Shown: positions 38,796-49,476, numbered from the stretch's first letter. The stretch is DNA of 64,000 bases from an uncultured Nitrospiraceae bacterium (GCA_963705105.1 CAVPIW010000005.1:588987-652986), one strand, 5' to 3'. Notes: a model not told the origin generated them from the letters alone. Translations and numbers: made by a program.

Positions 38796-40670
38796 TCAGA
38801 CTGGCAAGCCGAGCCCTTTCCTCTTCTCGTTGATGTGGTTGATCATGAGGTCGGCCGCCTTGTCCGGATCCGGCTCCACGGCGAAGCAGGCCCCGAAGAT
38901 GTCGCTGAGTCCCTTCGTCGCAAGCTCCGTCACCTTGCTGCTGCCCAGGATAGGCGGCATGACGCCGAGAATGGTGAAAATGCCGCTCGCCATGGCATAG
39001 AAGGCGATCGTCGCCGCCTTTTCCGAATACCACTCCGGCGCCGCGCCGGCAAGGGGAAGCTTGTCGATGTCGACGCCGATCGCGTTTGCGAGGGCGCAGG
39101 CGATGACGATGATCCTCGAGTTGTCGACGCAGGACCCCACATGGAGACTCGGGGGGATACCGAGAAGAGAACAGACCTCTTTCAGTCCCGGGCCGGCCAG
39201 ATCCTTCGCCTCCGGCACCTGGAGGCCCGCCTTGCCCGCTGCGACGTTCGCGCATCCCGTCGTCAGCACGAGGACGTCGTTGGCGATCAGTTTCCTGATG
39301 AGATTGACGTGGCCGTAATCCTGCCTGATCTTCGGGTTGTTGCACCCGACGACGCCGGCGGCGCCCCTGATTTTCCCTGCCTTGATAGCGTCGATGAGAG
39401 GAGTGAGACTGCCGCCGAGGGCGCCGACGATGGCCTCGACGGAGAAGCCTGTCATGCTTTTTACCGGCTTCACGGGGATGTTCACCCGAGCCGGGTTTCT
39501 CCGGCTGAAGTTCTCCACGGCCTCCCTGACGATGCGGGATGCCTGTTCCTTTGCGTTGTCGGGAGTGAACTCGACGTGCTCCATGAAGGGGAATTGGGCC
39601 TTGTCGGAGGTCGAATAGAGTTTCGTGTGGTAACATTGGGCGACGTGGCCGAGGGACGGCATGATGCATTGGTAATCGACGATGATCGCCTCCGCCGCAC
39701 CCGTCACCAGGACGAGCTCCGTCATGAGATGGTTTCCCGCCATGGGCACCTGTTTGCGCATCATCAGCTCGTTGCCGGTGCAGCACAACCCTGTAAGGTT
39801 GATCCCCGAGGCGCCCTTCGACCGGGCGAACTCCTTCAGCTCCTTGTCTTCCACGGCGAGGTATATCATCTCTGAAACGAGGGGGTTGTGACCGTGGACG
39901 AGGATATTGACCGCATCTTCCCTGAGCACCCCCAGGTTCATCTCGGAGAAGCCCGGTGACGGCGTCCCGAAGATGATATCCGACACCTCCGTGCCGATCA
40001 TGGAGCCGCCGTATCCGTCGGCAAGGCTCGTGCGCACGGCATGGAGCAGAAGTGAGGCATAGTTGTTGTCGACGCCCATGTGTGTCCGGTGCATCGCCTC
40101 CGACGTCTCACGGTCGATGCCGCGCGGCATGACCCGCAGTTTTTCCCAGAGCGCCCTTCTCTGCTGCGGAGCCCGGTTGACGAAGGTGATCTGCTTCTTC
40201 TTCGTCCCGAAATCTTCCATCATCGTTTCGGCCAGTTCTTTCGCGATCTCCCCAACGGGGCGTCCGTCCGTGGCGACGCCGTATTCCCCGGCGATGCTCT
40301 TCAGTTTGTCCGGGTCCCTGATCTCGTAGCCCGGGGCTTCTCCCATGCCGACCCTGTGCATCACCTCGACGAGGTCTCTCCCGTGGTCCGAATGAGAGGC
40401 TGAGCCTGCGGCGATCATCCGCGTCAGGTTCCGGGCGACGATGATATGGGCGTCAGCCCCGCAGATCCCCATCTGCGGTCCTTCGCCGAAGGGGTCGATC
40501 CGGCAGGGTCCCATGACGCAGTTGCGGCAGGAGACGCCGAGTTCACAGTAGCCGCAGTGAGGCTGCTGCTTCTCCAAACGGTCCCAGACGGTCTCGACGC
40601 CGTCCGCTTCAGCCTTTCTGATCATCTGTATCGCGTCGTCACATATGGAGTATTTCCTGAAATCCCGCAT
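38796..40670 (-). CDS. cooS: Anaerobic Ni-Fe carbon monoxide dehydrogenase
   Basis: CRNCVMGPC, HSDHGR, VHGHNP, GLCCTGNE, DYQCI, GCNN, GSCVDN, SEKA. Confidence 0.97.
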   Translation of the reverse strand: MRDFRKYSICDDAIQMIRKAEADGVETVWDRLEKQQPHCGYCELGVSCRNCVMGPCRIDPFGEGPQMGICGADAHIIVARNLTRMIAAGSASHSDHGRDLVEVMHRVGMGEAPGYEIRDPDKLKSIAGEYGVATDGRPVGEIAKELAETMMEDFGTKKKQITFVNRAPQQRRALWEKLRVMPRGIDRETSEAMHRTHMGVDNNYASLLLHAVRTSLADGYGGSMIGTEVSDIIFGTPSPGFSEMNLGVLREDAVNILVHGHNPLVSEMIYLAVEDKELKEFARSKGASGINLTGLCCTGNELMMRKQVPMAGNHLMTELVLVTGAAEAIIVDYQCIMPSLGHVAQCYHTKLYSTSDKAQFPFMEHVEFTPDNAKEQASRIVREAVENFSRRNPARVNIPVKPVKSMTGFSVEAIVGALGGSLTPLIDAIKAGKIRGAAGVVGCNNPKIRQDYGHVNLIRKLIANDVLVLTTGCANVAAGKAGLQVPEAKDLAGPGLKEVCSLLGIPPSLHVGSCVDNSRIIVIACALANAIGVDIDKLPLAGAAPEWYSEKAATIAFYAMASGIFTILGVMPPILGSSKVTELATKGLSDIFGACFAVEPDPDKAADLMINHINEKRKGLGLPV

Positions 40671-40772
40671 CCCTATCTCCTCCTGAGCTCTTCCATGTGT
40701 GCCTGATAGGCCCTGAGCGCTGAAAAACCGGTCACGGGCGCCTCTTTCTCCCGGATCCCCAGGTAGACTATG

Positions 40773-41270
40773 TCAGCCATCCGGTCCGTTTCCCTCTTCA
40801 TAAAGACATTCGACATCCTCGAACAGGAGGGCGCCGGCCTTGCAGACCTCCACACAGGCGGGAATATGCCCCGTCTTCTGTCTCAGGATGCATTGGTCGC
40901 ACTTATGGGCGGCCGGCCGTTTGACGGCAGGTGAAAGATGGAACCGCACAACCCCGAAGGGACAGGCCATGGCGCACATGCCGCAGTTGATGCACCGTTC
41001 GGGATTGATGAGGACCGCTTCAGTCACGTCTTCCCGGTAGATGGCTGCAGACGGGCAGGACATCTCGCAGGGCGCCGGCTTGCAGTGCCTGCATTTGTTC
41101 GGAAAGGATTCCCCCCTGCTGCTCAGGCCGATGTGGATCCGGGGTTTCGACAGGACCGGCTCATAGATTGCGGTATAGGGCGAGCGCGAGGACGAGTGCG
41201 CCACAGCGCAGGCGAACCTGCACTGGAGGCAACCGACGCAGCGCTCAGGTCTGACAATGACCGTTTTCAT
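40773..41270 (-). CDS. cooF: CooF-like 4Fe-4S electron transfer protein (C-terminus probably frameshifted to 40673)
   Basis: CVGCLQC..AC, CRHC..APC..CP, CINCGMCAMACP, KCDQC..PACVEVC. Confidence 0.9.
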   Translation of the reverse strand: MKTVIVRPERCVGCLQCRFACAVAHSSSRSPYTAIYEPVLSKPRIHIGLSSRGESFPNKCRHCKPAPCEMSCPSAAIYREDVTEAVLINPERCINCGMCAMACPFGVVRFHLSPAVKRPAAHKCDQCILRQKTGHIPACVEVCKAGALLFEDVECLYEEGNGPDG

Positions 41271-41289
41271 CAGTTCCTCCTTCGGTGGA

Positions 41290-41415
41290 ACGAGGATTGG
41301 GCATGATTTCTTCGCAAAATAAACTACCTCTTCTCTTATGTCTATCAGCCTCATAAACCAATAATAAACAATCATACTCGCAATCAGCGAGGCTCTGAGG
41401 CGTTTTGCCCCGCCT
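41290..41415. repeat. Truncated modular repeat between FNOR and cooF
   Basis: CAATAATAAACAATCATACTCGCAATCAGCGAGGCTCTGAGGCGTTTTGCCCCGCC matches 17040-17097. Confidence 0.85.
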
Positions 41416-42637
41416 ATTCATCCAACGACGGGGTAAACAGATCTGCCGGCGTTACATCGCCGTCCACGATCGCCCGGGGAGACACTCGAAGGGGCCGGCC
41501 TTTTCTGATAAGGTTCAGATACGGGCCCGCTTCTTCCGTGTTGTTGTAAAAGGCCAGTCCCACGGGAATACCGTCCCGCAGGGCAAGCTTCCTGAGCTGG
41601 TTTCGCCCCCGGATATACCGTTCGACCGTCGTGACCCCCTTGCCCCGGAGGATTCCCCCTGTCACGAGGTGGAGACCCGGCAGTTTCAGGCTGTTCACGG
41701 CCATGCTTCCCCGGTAGGGAGAAGGGATGCCCGCCATGTTCAGCGCGGCATAATATCCCTGTTCCGTCGCCACCGGCCAGATTGCATTGACCCACGGAAC
41801 GCCACGGACGAAATCGATGTTCTCACAGCAATCGCCTGCAGCGTAATGATCTTTGATCGACGTTTCAAGATGCTCGTTCGTTCTGATCCCGAGATCGATG
41901 TCCACGCCGGCCCGTCGCGCCAGTCCTGCCCGCGGTCGCACCCCCTTGCCGACGACGATGACATCGGCATCCAGAACGGTTCCCGATTTCAGGGCGACCC
42001 TTGTGCAGTCCCGTCCCGCCTTCACGGAGGCGACGTCCTCGCCGGTGCATATGTCGACGCCCATGCCCCGCAGGTCCCGCTCCACGAGACGGGCGACCTG
42101 TTCGTCCACGTTGAGGGAAAGGATGTGCCCCGACGAAACGACGAGGGTCGGCCTGATTCCCCGTTGGACGAAACCGCAGGCGGTCTTGATGCCCACGAAG
42201 CCCCCACCCACGACGACAGCGCTCCTGTCAAGAAACCGGTCTATCATGCTGGCGTCATGAAGATATCTCAAATTGAAACAGCGGTTTTCCTCCGTCACAT
42301 AATCGGGCTTGATGGGGGAGGCGCCGGTGGCGAATAGGAGTTTGTCGTATGAAAGGCGCTCCCCGCCTGAAAGCACGAGGGTCGTATCCTTCACATGCAC
42401 TTCCTCGACACGTTTGCCGAGCAGAAAAGTGATGCACGAGGCATATGACGAGGGGTCCTTCAGGATCATCGTCTCCCTGCGAAATTCCCGCGCAAAGGCA
42501 TATGTCAGCATGATCCTGCTGTAGGGGAGGCAGTCTTCCTCGGAGATGACGGTGACCTTCAGGTCAGGGGAAAGGGCGACGAGGGTGTCGAGGCAGGACA
42601 GACCGGCGGCGCTTGCACCGATTATGGCAATGTGCAT
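41414..42637 (-). CDS. FAD-dependent NAD(P) oxidoreductase (FNOR)
   Basis: IIGASAAG, PYSR, LFATGA, VGGGFVG, YAAGDC; typical cooF-cooS partner. Confidence 0.9.
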   Translation of the reverse strand: MHIAIIGASAAGLSCLDTLVALSPDLKVTVISEEDCLPYSRIMLTYAFAREFRRETMILKDPSSYASCITFLLGKRVEEVHVKDTTLVLSGGERLSYDKLLFATGASPIKPDYVTEENRCFNLRYLHDASMIDRFLDRSAVVVGGGFVGIKTACGFVQRGIRPTLVVSSGHILSLNVDEQVARLVERDLRGMGVDICTGEDVASVKAGRDCTRVALKSGTVLDADVIVVGKGVRPRAGLARRAGVDIDLGIRTNEHLETSIKDHYAAGDCCENIDFVRGVPWVNAIWPVATEQGYYAALNMAGIPSPYRGSMAVNSLKLPGLHLVTGGILRGKGVTTVERYIRGRNQLRKLALRDGIPVGLAFYNNTEEAGPYLNLIRKGRPLRVSPRAIVDGDVTPADLFTPSLDE

Positions 42638-42689
42638 ACCCTTCTCCTCCTTCAGGATTACAGTATACCATCTTATGGACGCAATTCAA

Positions 42690-42724
42690 GAAAAAGACCG
42701 TGTCAGTGTCAGTGTGAGTGTCAG
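42690..42724. repeat. Isolated AGTG(T/A)(C/G) hexamer module
   Basis: GAAAAAGACCGTGTCAGTGTCAGTGTGAGTGTCAG. Confidence 0.7.
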
Positions 42725-42826
42725 CCCGGGGCTCTATGAGCGTTTTGACGTCCGGTAGGTTCTATGGCAAAAACGGCCCTGTCCTGCTAAACTATCGGAA
42801 GATTTCAATCCCATCAAGGAGGTTGC

Positions 42827-43417
42827 ATGAAGGCCAAACTGTCATGGACGTTGTTTTTCCTTCTGGCACTTTCTCTCGTCGCCTATGGAGAGGTAAAAAC
42901 AAAGACATTCACGAAAGGGGAGATCAAAAAGATGGCTGAAACAAAGGCAGTGATCGAGACGAAGTTCGGGAACATGGAGCTGAAGTTCTTTCCCGATGTG
43001 GCGCCGAATCATGTGAGCAATTTCATCGACCTTGCAAAGAAGGGCTTTTATGACGGCACGACCTTTCACCGCGTCATCCCGGGCTTCATGATCCAGGGTG
43101 GTGACCCCAATTCGAAGGACCCCGACAAGTCGAAGCACGGTATGGGCGGCCCGGGGCACACGATAAAGGCGGAGTTCAACGAGAAACCTCACAAGAAGGG
43201 GATCCTCTCGATGGCAAGGTCGGCCAGTCCCGACAGCGCCGGGTCGCAGTTCTTCATCTGCGTCGCCGACGCCCCCTTCCTGGACAGGAAGTACACGGTC
43301 TTCGGCGAGGTCGTCTCGGGCATCGAGGTTGCCGACAAGATCGTGAGCCAGCCCAGGGACGCCAGGGACAACCCGAACGAGCGGATCGAGATGAAGGTCA
43401 AAATAATCGAAAAATAG
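42827..43417 (+). CDS. Cyclophilin-type peptidyl-prolyl isomerase with signal peptide
   Basis: FHRVIPGFMIQGGDP, LSMAR, SAGSQFFI, YTVFG. Confidence 0.96.
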   Translation: MKAKLSWTLFFLLALSLVAYGEVKTKTFTKGEIKKMAETKAVIETKFGNMELKFFPDVAPNHVSNFIDLAKKGFYDGTTFHRVIPGFMIQGGDPNSKDPDKSKHGMGGPGHTIKAEFNEKPHKKGILSMARSASPDSAGSQFFICVADAPFLDRKYTVFGEVVSGIEVADKIVSQPRDARDNPNERIEMKVKIIEK

Positions 43418-43430
43418 CGATCGACTTATC

Positions 43431-43462
43431 GACCGGGGTCCTCGTTCCCTCGGGCCCCGGTC
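43431..43462 (+). terminator. Stem-loop after PPIase gene
   Basis: GACCGGGGTCC...GGGCCCCGGTC. Confidence 0.6.
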
Positions 43463-43563
43463 ATGTTTCAGCGGACTTTCCCCACCGGTGCTATTATTTA
43501 AAAAACAGTAGACAATAGACAATGGACACCAGGCAAAGACAGGAAGGGGACGAGAAAGGCACC

Positions 43564-43792
43564 GACGGGAAGGCTGATGTGGTGAAAAGCCTTTCCGCTA
43601 AGATACCGTATTCGTCCCCGGACCACACTTTGCCGTGTCTACCGATACCAGATGCCCGTCAGGCAACAGGCGCTGAACACCTCGATATGTCTCATCATCG
43701 CATTGGAAAGGCTTTGAACCATATCTGCCTTCCCGGAGGCAGTGTCGCCTTCAGCAATGCTTTGAGGGGCTTCCCCACGCCTTTCCATGCAA
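43564..43792. repeat. Modular palindromic repeat element
   Basis: Inverted inner cassette of 34296-34465 joined to a different arm (GTCGCCTTCAGCAATGCTTTGAGG). Confidence 0.92.
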
Positions 43793-43806
43793 TTGAAATG
43801 TGAGCG

Positions 43807-45804
43807 ATGGTATTCGAATTTCTCAAGGACCTCGTCATCATTTTCGGCATCTCCGCCGTTGTCGTGTATACGCTGGGGAGGCTGAGGGTCCCTTCCATCG
43901 TCGGCTTCCTCCTTGCCGGCGTCATCATGGGGCCTCACGGCTTCGGTCTTATCGGGTCCGTCCACGAGGTCGAGGTCTTTGCCGAGATCGGCGTCATCCT
44001 CCTCATGTTCACCATCGGGCTCGAATTTTCTCTCAAGCACCTCCTGATGCTCAGGACCGCCGTGCTCGGAGGAGGTTTTCTCCAGGTGGCGGCATCGGTC
44101 GCCCTGATCGTTGCTCTCGCCGTCTTCGTCTTCCAGGACACTCTCCGGATCGCGCTCTTCGACGGGGCCCTTGTCGCTCTGAGCAGCACGGCGATCGTCA
44201 TCAAGCTCCTGATGGACCGGGCCGAGATCAACTCACCCCACGGCAGGTCGATCGTCGGCATCCTCATCTTCCAGGACCTCTGCGTCGTCCCCTTCATGCT
44301 CCTCATACCCATCCTGGCAGGGACGGGCGGCAGCGCGCAGGACATACTCATCACCATGATCAAGGCCGCCATGGTCATCGGCGCCGTCATCGCCTCGTCC
44401 CGGTGGGGAGTCCCGCACCTCCTGCACCAGGTCGTCCGCACCAAGAGCAGGGAACTCTTCGTGATCACCATCATCCTGCTCTGTATCGGGACGGCGCTCC
44501 TCACCTGGGAACTGGGCCTATCCCTCGCCCTCGGCGCCTTTCTCGCGGGCATCGTCATTTCCGAATCCGATTATGCCGCACAGGCCATTTCCGATGTCGT
44601 CCCTTTCAAGGAGAGCTTCACGGGGCTCTTTTTCATCTCCATCGGGATGTTGATGGACCTGCGGTTTCTCGGGCACAACCTGCATCTCATTCTGCCCGTT
44701 GTCATTACCATCCTTGCTCTTAAAATACTGAGCGGGACCCTTGCCGCTTATGCCATAGGGCAGACGGTGCGACACTCCGTCATGACGGGATTCTATCTCT
44801 CCCAGATCGGTGAGTTCTCTTTCATCCTCGCCCAGTCCGGCAAGGCGCAGGGCCTCATGACGGAAGACCTCTATCAGGTGTTCCTCTCCTCATCGGTGCT
44901 GACCATGCTGACGACTCCCCTGATGGTCGCCCTGTCGTCTCCCGTGTCGTCATGGCTCGTTTCACGAAAACTCCTCGGCCGTTTCGACCGGTCTCAGCGG
45001 GGGGTGGCGAAGGACAGCTATCCGAAGAAGAAATCAGGCCATGTCATCATCGTCGGCTTCGGCATCAACGGGAGGAATCTCGCGAGGGTCCTCAGGGAGT
45101 CGGAAATCCCCTACGTCATTCTTGAACTCAACAGCAACACCGTCAAGGCGATGAAAAAAAAGAGCGAGCCCATTTACTTCGGTGATGGCACAAGCCCGGA
45201 GATTCTTCAAAAATTGCGCATTCATGCCGCGCGCATGCTCGTTATCGCCATTTCCGATGCTGCGGCGACGCGGAGGATCGTCCAGGTCGCCCGCCGGGAG
45301 CATCCGGGGATCCAGATACTGGTGAGAACGCGCTATGTCGCCGAGGTTGATGACCTGAAGGAGCTTGGGGCGAATGAAGTCATCCCGGAGGAATTCGAGA
45401 CCTCCGTCGAGATATTTTCGAGGGTCCTGAGCCAGTACGGCCTTTCCGGAAATGCCATCAACGATCACGTGGAGAAGGTCAGGAAGGACAGTTACCGCAT
45501 GCTGAGGGGGCTCGATCTGCCCCGGAAGGAACTGGCTGACCACTACGAATTTCTGAAGGGCCTGTCGACCGAAACATACCGGATACCGGAAAATTGTGCG
45601 GCTGACGGCCGTTCGCTCCAGGAGATCCAGCTCCGGTCGCGGACCGGGGCGACGATCATCGCCGTCCAGCGCGCGCTGATGATCTATCAGAACCCTTCTC
45701 CCGATTTCGTCTTCAGGGCCGGGGACATCATCCTGCTCATCGGCGACCGGGAGAGCATTAACGGGGCTATCGACTACATAGGAACCACAGGGAGGAAATC
45801 ATGA
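43807..45804 (+). CDS. CPA2/Kef-type cation:proton antiporter with TrkA-N and TrkA-C
   Basis: LMFTIGLE, LSSTAIV, LIFQD, QIGEFSF, VGFGING, RCK_C. Confidence 0.93.
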   Translation: MVFEFLKDLVIIFGISAVVVYTLGRLRVPSIVGFLLAGVIMGPHGFGLIGSVHEVEVFAEIGVILLMFTIGLEFSLKHLLMLRTAVLGGGFLQVAASVALIVALAVFVFQDTLRIALFDGALVALSSTAIVIKLLMDRAEINSPHGRSIVGILIFQDLCVVPFMLLIPILAGTGGSAQDILITMIKAAMVIGAVIASSRWGVPHLLHQVVRTKSRELFVITIILLCIGTALLTWELGLSLALGAFLAGIVISESDYAAQAISDVVPFKESFTGLFFISIGMLMDLRFLGHNLHLILPVVITILALKILSGTLAAYAIGQTVRHSVMTGFYLSQIGEFSFILAQSGKAQGLMTEDLYQVFLSSSVLTMLTTPLMVALSSPVSSWLVSRKLLGRFDRSQRGVAKDSYPKKKSGHVIIVGFGINGRNLARVLRESEIPYVILELNSNTVKAMKKKSEPIYFGDGTSPEILQKLRIHAARMLVIAISDAAATRRIVQVARREHPGIQILVRTRYVAEVDDLKELGANEVIPEEFETSVEIFSRVLSQYGLSGNAINDHVEKVRKDSYRMLRGLDLPRKELADHYEFLKGLSTETYRIPENCAADGRSLQEIQLRSRTGATIIAVQRALMIYQNPSPDFVFRAGDIILLIGDRESINGAIDYIGTTGRKS

Positions 45805-46310
45805 GAATCGAGAATGGACGCATGCGGTTTATTGTCCCCGTTGTCTTTGTCTTATCGGTGATGACCTTTTTGACGGAACGCATCTGCGCTGCATCGGAAC
45901 CGGAGATGTCGAAGGGTCAGGTCGTCTATGTGCCGGCTTATTCACATATCTATGTGGGCGACAAACCCCTTCAATTCAATCTTGCCGTTACTCTCTGCAT
46001 CAGAAATACCGATATGAGCAGGGACATACGGATCCTGTCGATCGAATACCGCGATTCGAAGGGGAAACTCATCAGGACCTATCTCAAGGATCCCCTGAAG
46101 ATCGGTCCATTGGCATCGGCTGATTTCTTCGTGAAGGAAAGCGACGTGGCCGGAGGAGTAAATGCCCACTTTCTCGTGCAGTGGGCGGCGGGCCAGGAGG
46201 TCAACGAGCCGATCATAGAAACGATCATGATCGGCGCCCGGTCAGGCCAGGGCATATCCTTCATCGGCAGGGGGAAGGTGATCGGCCCGTCGAAGCCCCT
46301 CAAGCCCTGA
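45801..46310 (+). CDS. DUF3124 domain protein
   Basis: GQVVYVPAYSHIY, IRNTD, EPIIETIMI, QGISF. Confidence 0.85.
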   Translation: MRIENGRMRFIVPVVFVLSVMTFLTERICAASEPEMSKGQVVYVPAYSHIYVGDKPLQFNLAVTLCIRNTDMSRDIRILSIEYRDSKGKLIRTYLKDPLKIGPLASADFFVKESDVAGGVNAHFLVQWAAGQEVNEPIIETIMIGARSGQGISFIGRGKVIGPSKPLKP

Positions 46311-46315
46311 GCTGA

Positions 46316-46474
46316 AGTTATACGAAAATGCGGGGCAAGACGCCTCAACGCCTCCTGAAAGCGGCGCTGTCTCCGGGAAGGCAGATATGGGTCAAAGCCT
46401 TCCCGTCTGAATGTTCTCAATGTGGTTGTGGCCCTTGATTGCGACGAATGACTCAATGACTTGGTAACGTGGCA
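46316..46474. repeat. Degenerate collapsed modular repeat element
   Basis: CCGGGAAGGCAGATATGGGTCAAAGCCTTCCCGTC followed by AATGACTCAATGACTT. Confidence 0.8.
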
Positions 46475-46502
46475 ACCAAACAGATGAACCATCCTACGCT
46501 TT

Positions 46503-46595
46503 GTCATTCCGGCTTGTCCGGAATCCTTCTCATTTTCAGAAGGATTGCCGACGCGCGGAGCCTGTCCCGGCTTGACCGGGGCTTGCGGCAATGAC
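46503..46595. repeat. REP-like GTCATTCC...AATGAC palindromic element (separate family)
   Basis: GTCATTCCGGCTTGTCCGG AATCCTTCT..AGAAGGATT ... GCGGCAATGAC with an inner CCCGGCTTGACCGGG hairpin. Confidence 0.7.
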
Positions 46596-46640
46596 GGCTT
46601 TACAAGTATTCAATAGCCGGGTTAATAATGACTGATGTCG

Positions 46641-47768
46641 TCAGATCAGGAGGGCGCCCTTTTCTATAAGGGTGATGGTTTCGCCGTTCTTTGTGGAAAG
46701 GCGGACGGTGGGCTTGAAGAAGACGAAGTCGAGATGAAAGGGTGTCTTGACCTTTCCCCCGAATGAGCTGTTGTCGCCGAGGGCGACGTGAATGGTGCCG
46801 AGAATCTTCTCCGATTCGAGGATGTTGTCGGGCCGCCTGGCCCTCTCGTTCGTCCCGATGCCGAACTCGGCGATGTTCCGGTTTTCCTCCCGTTCAGCGA
46901 GCTTCGATTTCAGGTATGATGCGAAGGGACCGTCCCCGATGATCTCCCTCGCTGTGCCGTCCTTCACGGACAGCTTTATCGGTGCGGCGAGCTTTTTCGT
47001 GGGGGACCATTCGAGCACAAGCTTCCCGTTCGCCGTGCCCTCGAGGGGCGCGAGGAAGACCTCGCCGGCGGGGAGGTTGCCGAAGGCGCCCGATGCGCTC
47101 AGGATGCCCGTATCGGACAGGGCCTTCCGCTTCTCCTTTGAGAGGGTGAGGCGTGTCCCGTTCGGTGTGCTGATGTCGACGAGGACGGCCTTGTTGACCA
47201 CTGCCGCGACAGCCTTCGTCAATTTCTCGAGCTTCCTCCAGTTGACGTTCATGACGCCTTCGAACATCGAGACATCAAATAGGGGCATGCTGGCGTAGCG
47301 GCAGCCGCAGATCCTTGTCAGAAAGTCCCTGAAGCGCGTATGGCTCGTCGAATAGTTGGAGAGGGCGATGACGACATTCGCGGCATCCTTCCGGTGCCGA
47401 CCGATGAGGGCCTCAGCAGCCGCCGTCTCCTCTTCGGAGCTTTCCTTCTGCAGGAGGGCGGGCAGGAGCCCTCCCCTTATCAGCTTGTCCACCAGTCTCT
47501 CGCCGAAGGCCCTCCGCCAAAGCTCCTCCGGCGGCTCAACGCCGTGATTGCCCGTCGACGGGTACTCAAGGTAGACGACCTTTTTCGCAAAGGACTTGCC
47601 GATCTCGGCGGTCAGCAGGGCCACGTCCCGCAGCCGCTCCCTGCGGCAGAAGTCGTGTTCCGGGACGATCTCACGGGGTGAAATGGTGTCCGTAAAGACG
47701 AGGACCTTCTCATCCCGTCGCACCCTGAGGTTGGTCGTATAGATGGCCTGAATCGTTTTTGTCATCAT
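46641..47768 (-). CDS. Aminopeptidase (M29/leucyl aminopeptidase-like)
   Basis: GNLPAGEVF.AP, NIAEFGIGTN, ESEK.LGTIHVALG, FHLD. Confidence 0.88.
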   Translation of the reverse strand: MMTKTIQAIYTTNLRVRRDEKVLVFTDTISPREIVPEHDFCRRERLRDVALLTAEIGKSFAKKVVYLEYPSTGNHGVEPPEELWRRAFGERLVDKLIRGGLLPALLQKESSEEETAAAEALIGRHRKDAANVVIALSNYSTSHTRFRDFLTRICGCRYASMPLFDVSMFEGVMNVNWRKLEKLTKAVAAVVNKAVLVDISTPNGTRLTLSKEKRKALSDTGILSASGAFGNLPAGEVFLAPLEGTANGKLVLEWSPTKKLAAPIKLSVKDGTAREIIGDGPFASYLKSKLAEREENRNIAEFGIGTNERARRPDNILESEKILGTIHVALGDNSSFGGKVKTPFHLDFVFFKPTVRLSTKNGETITLIEKGALLI

Positions 47769-47796
47769 GATGCGGATCTCCCGTTGAGATGTATTG

Positions 47797-48010
47797 ACCT
47801 TCCAGTTGCATGAAAAGGCGGGACAAAGTGCCTCAAAGCCTTGCTGATAGCGAGCATGATCATTTGAAATGGGACATTGGGGATTCCACCCGACCTGTCA
47901 TCAACCGTCAGCCTGACATAATCCGTATGGGAAGGCAAAGGTTTCTCAGCACCAAGGCTTTTCGGCATCTTCGCCCCGCCTTTCCGGATGTCCTGTTGCA
48001 GCGATAAAGT
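47797..48010. mobile_element. 214-bp MITE-like unit
   Basis: Near-identical to 23286-23499 and 49750-49963. Confidence 0.85.
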
Positions 48011-48033
48011 TGATAGGCTGCGGCCCGGCGCCG

Positions 48034-49476
48034 TCATGAGAAGACAAGCTCCATCTGCTGCACTTCTCCCTCTTCCTCCTCGGGGAAGAGGATGGGATAG
48101 TTGTTGTCGAAGCAGGCGAAGCAGTAATCCTCCGGATGAGGGATCGTCTGCCTGACTCCCTCCAGGCTCAGGTAGGCGAGGCTGTCGGCGGTGATGTATT
48201 TCCTGATCTCCTCCGTCTTGTGGCTCGATGCGATCAGTTCCTGCCTCGTCGGCGTGTCTATGCCGTAAAAACAGGGGCCGATGGTGGGAGGCGACGATAT
48301 CCTCATATGCACCTCCCGGGCGCCGCCCACTTCACGGATCATCTTCACGATCTTCTTGCTCGTCGTTCCCCTGACGATGGAATCATCGACGACGACCACT
48401 CTTTTGCCTTTCAGGAGGTCCCGTATGGGGTTCAGCTTGATCTTGACGCCGAAATGGCGTATGGTCTGCTTCGGTTCTATAAAAGTCCTGCCGATATAGT
48501 GGTTTCTGATCAGCCCGAAATCGAAGGGAATCCTGCTCTCCTCGGAGAAGCCGATCGCCGCGGGAACACCGGAATCAGGCACGGGGATAATAATATCTGC
48601 GTCGATGAAAGACTCCCGCGCAAGTTGTCTGCCGAAATTCTTCCGTACCGTGTTCACACAGTTGTGGCCGAAAATGTAGCTGTCCGGCCTCGCGAAGTAG
48701 ATGAACTCGAACACGCAGTGGGCTTTCCGCAGGCTCGGGATCACCCTGACGGAGTGGAGGCCCTGTTCATTGATGATGACCATCTCTCCCGGCTCGACAT
48801 CCCTGATATACTCGGCCCCGATGAGATCGAAGGCGCATGTCTCCGATGCGACGACATAGGCGCCGTCGAGGGTGCCTATCGAGAGGGGCCGCACGCCGTA
48901 GGCATCCCTGACCGCGATCAGCTCCGATTCACGGAGGAAGAGGAGGCTGAAGGCGCCGCTCAGTTGCTCGAGCACCTCCGTTATCCGCCCGTGCGGGTCG
49001 TCACGTCTCGACCGGGCGATCATGTGCAGGATGACCTCGCTGTCCGATGTGGACTGGAAGATGGCGCCCTCCCTCTCGAGCCGTCTCCTGAGATGGTCGG
49101 CGTTGGTGAGATTGCCGTTGTGGCAGAGTGCGATCGTACCGAGGGCGTAAGTTGCGATGAAGGGCTGTACGTTTCTCAGGACACTGCTGCCCGCCGTCGA
49201 GTACCTGTTGTGCCCGATGGCCGAGCTTCCCACAAGCCGTTTCAGCCTCTTCTCGCTGAAGATATCGGCGACGAGCCCCATGGACCGTTCGACAGAGAAG
49301 GACCGCCCGTCGGAGGAACAGATCCCCGCCCCCTCCTGTCCGCGGTGCTGGAGCGCGTAAAGGCCGAGGTAGGTAAGGTTCGCCGCTTCGGGATGGCCGT
49401 AAACACCGAAGACGCCGCACTCCTCGTGGATGTCGTGAAAAAGGCGGTTAATCGTGAAAGGGCAGGATGAATTCAC
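48034..49476 (-). CDS. purF: Amidophosphoribosyltransferase
   Basis: [36 protein letters not shown]. Confidence 0.98.
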   Translation of the reverse strand: MNSSCPFTINRLFHDIHEECGVFGVYGHPEAANLTYLGLYALQHRGQEGAGICSSDGRSFSVERSMGLVADIFSEKRLKRLVGSSAIGHNRYSTAGSSVLRNVQPFIATYALGTIALCHNGNLTNADHLRRRLEREGAIFQSTSDSEVILHMIARSRRDDPHGRITEVLEQLSGAFSLLFLRESELIAVRDAYGVRPLSIGTLDGAYVVASETCAFDLIGAEYIRDVEPGEMVIINEQGLHSVRVIPSLRKAHCVFEFIYFARPDSYIFGHNCVNTVRKNFGRQLARESFIDADIIIPVPDSGVPAAIGFSEESRIPFDFGLIRNHYIGRTFIEPKQTIRHFGVKIKLNPIRDLLKGKRVVVVDDSIVRGTTSKKIVKMIREVGGAREVHMRISSPPTIGPCFYGIDTPTRQELIASSHKTEEIRKYITADSLAYLSLEGVRQTIPHPEDYCFACFDNNYPILFPEEEEGEVQQMELVFS

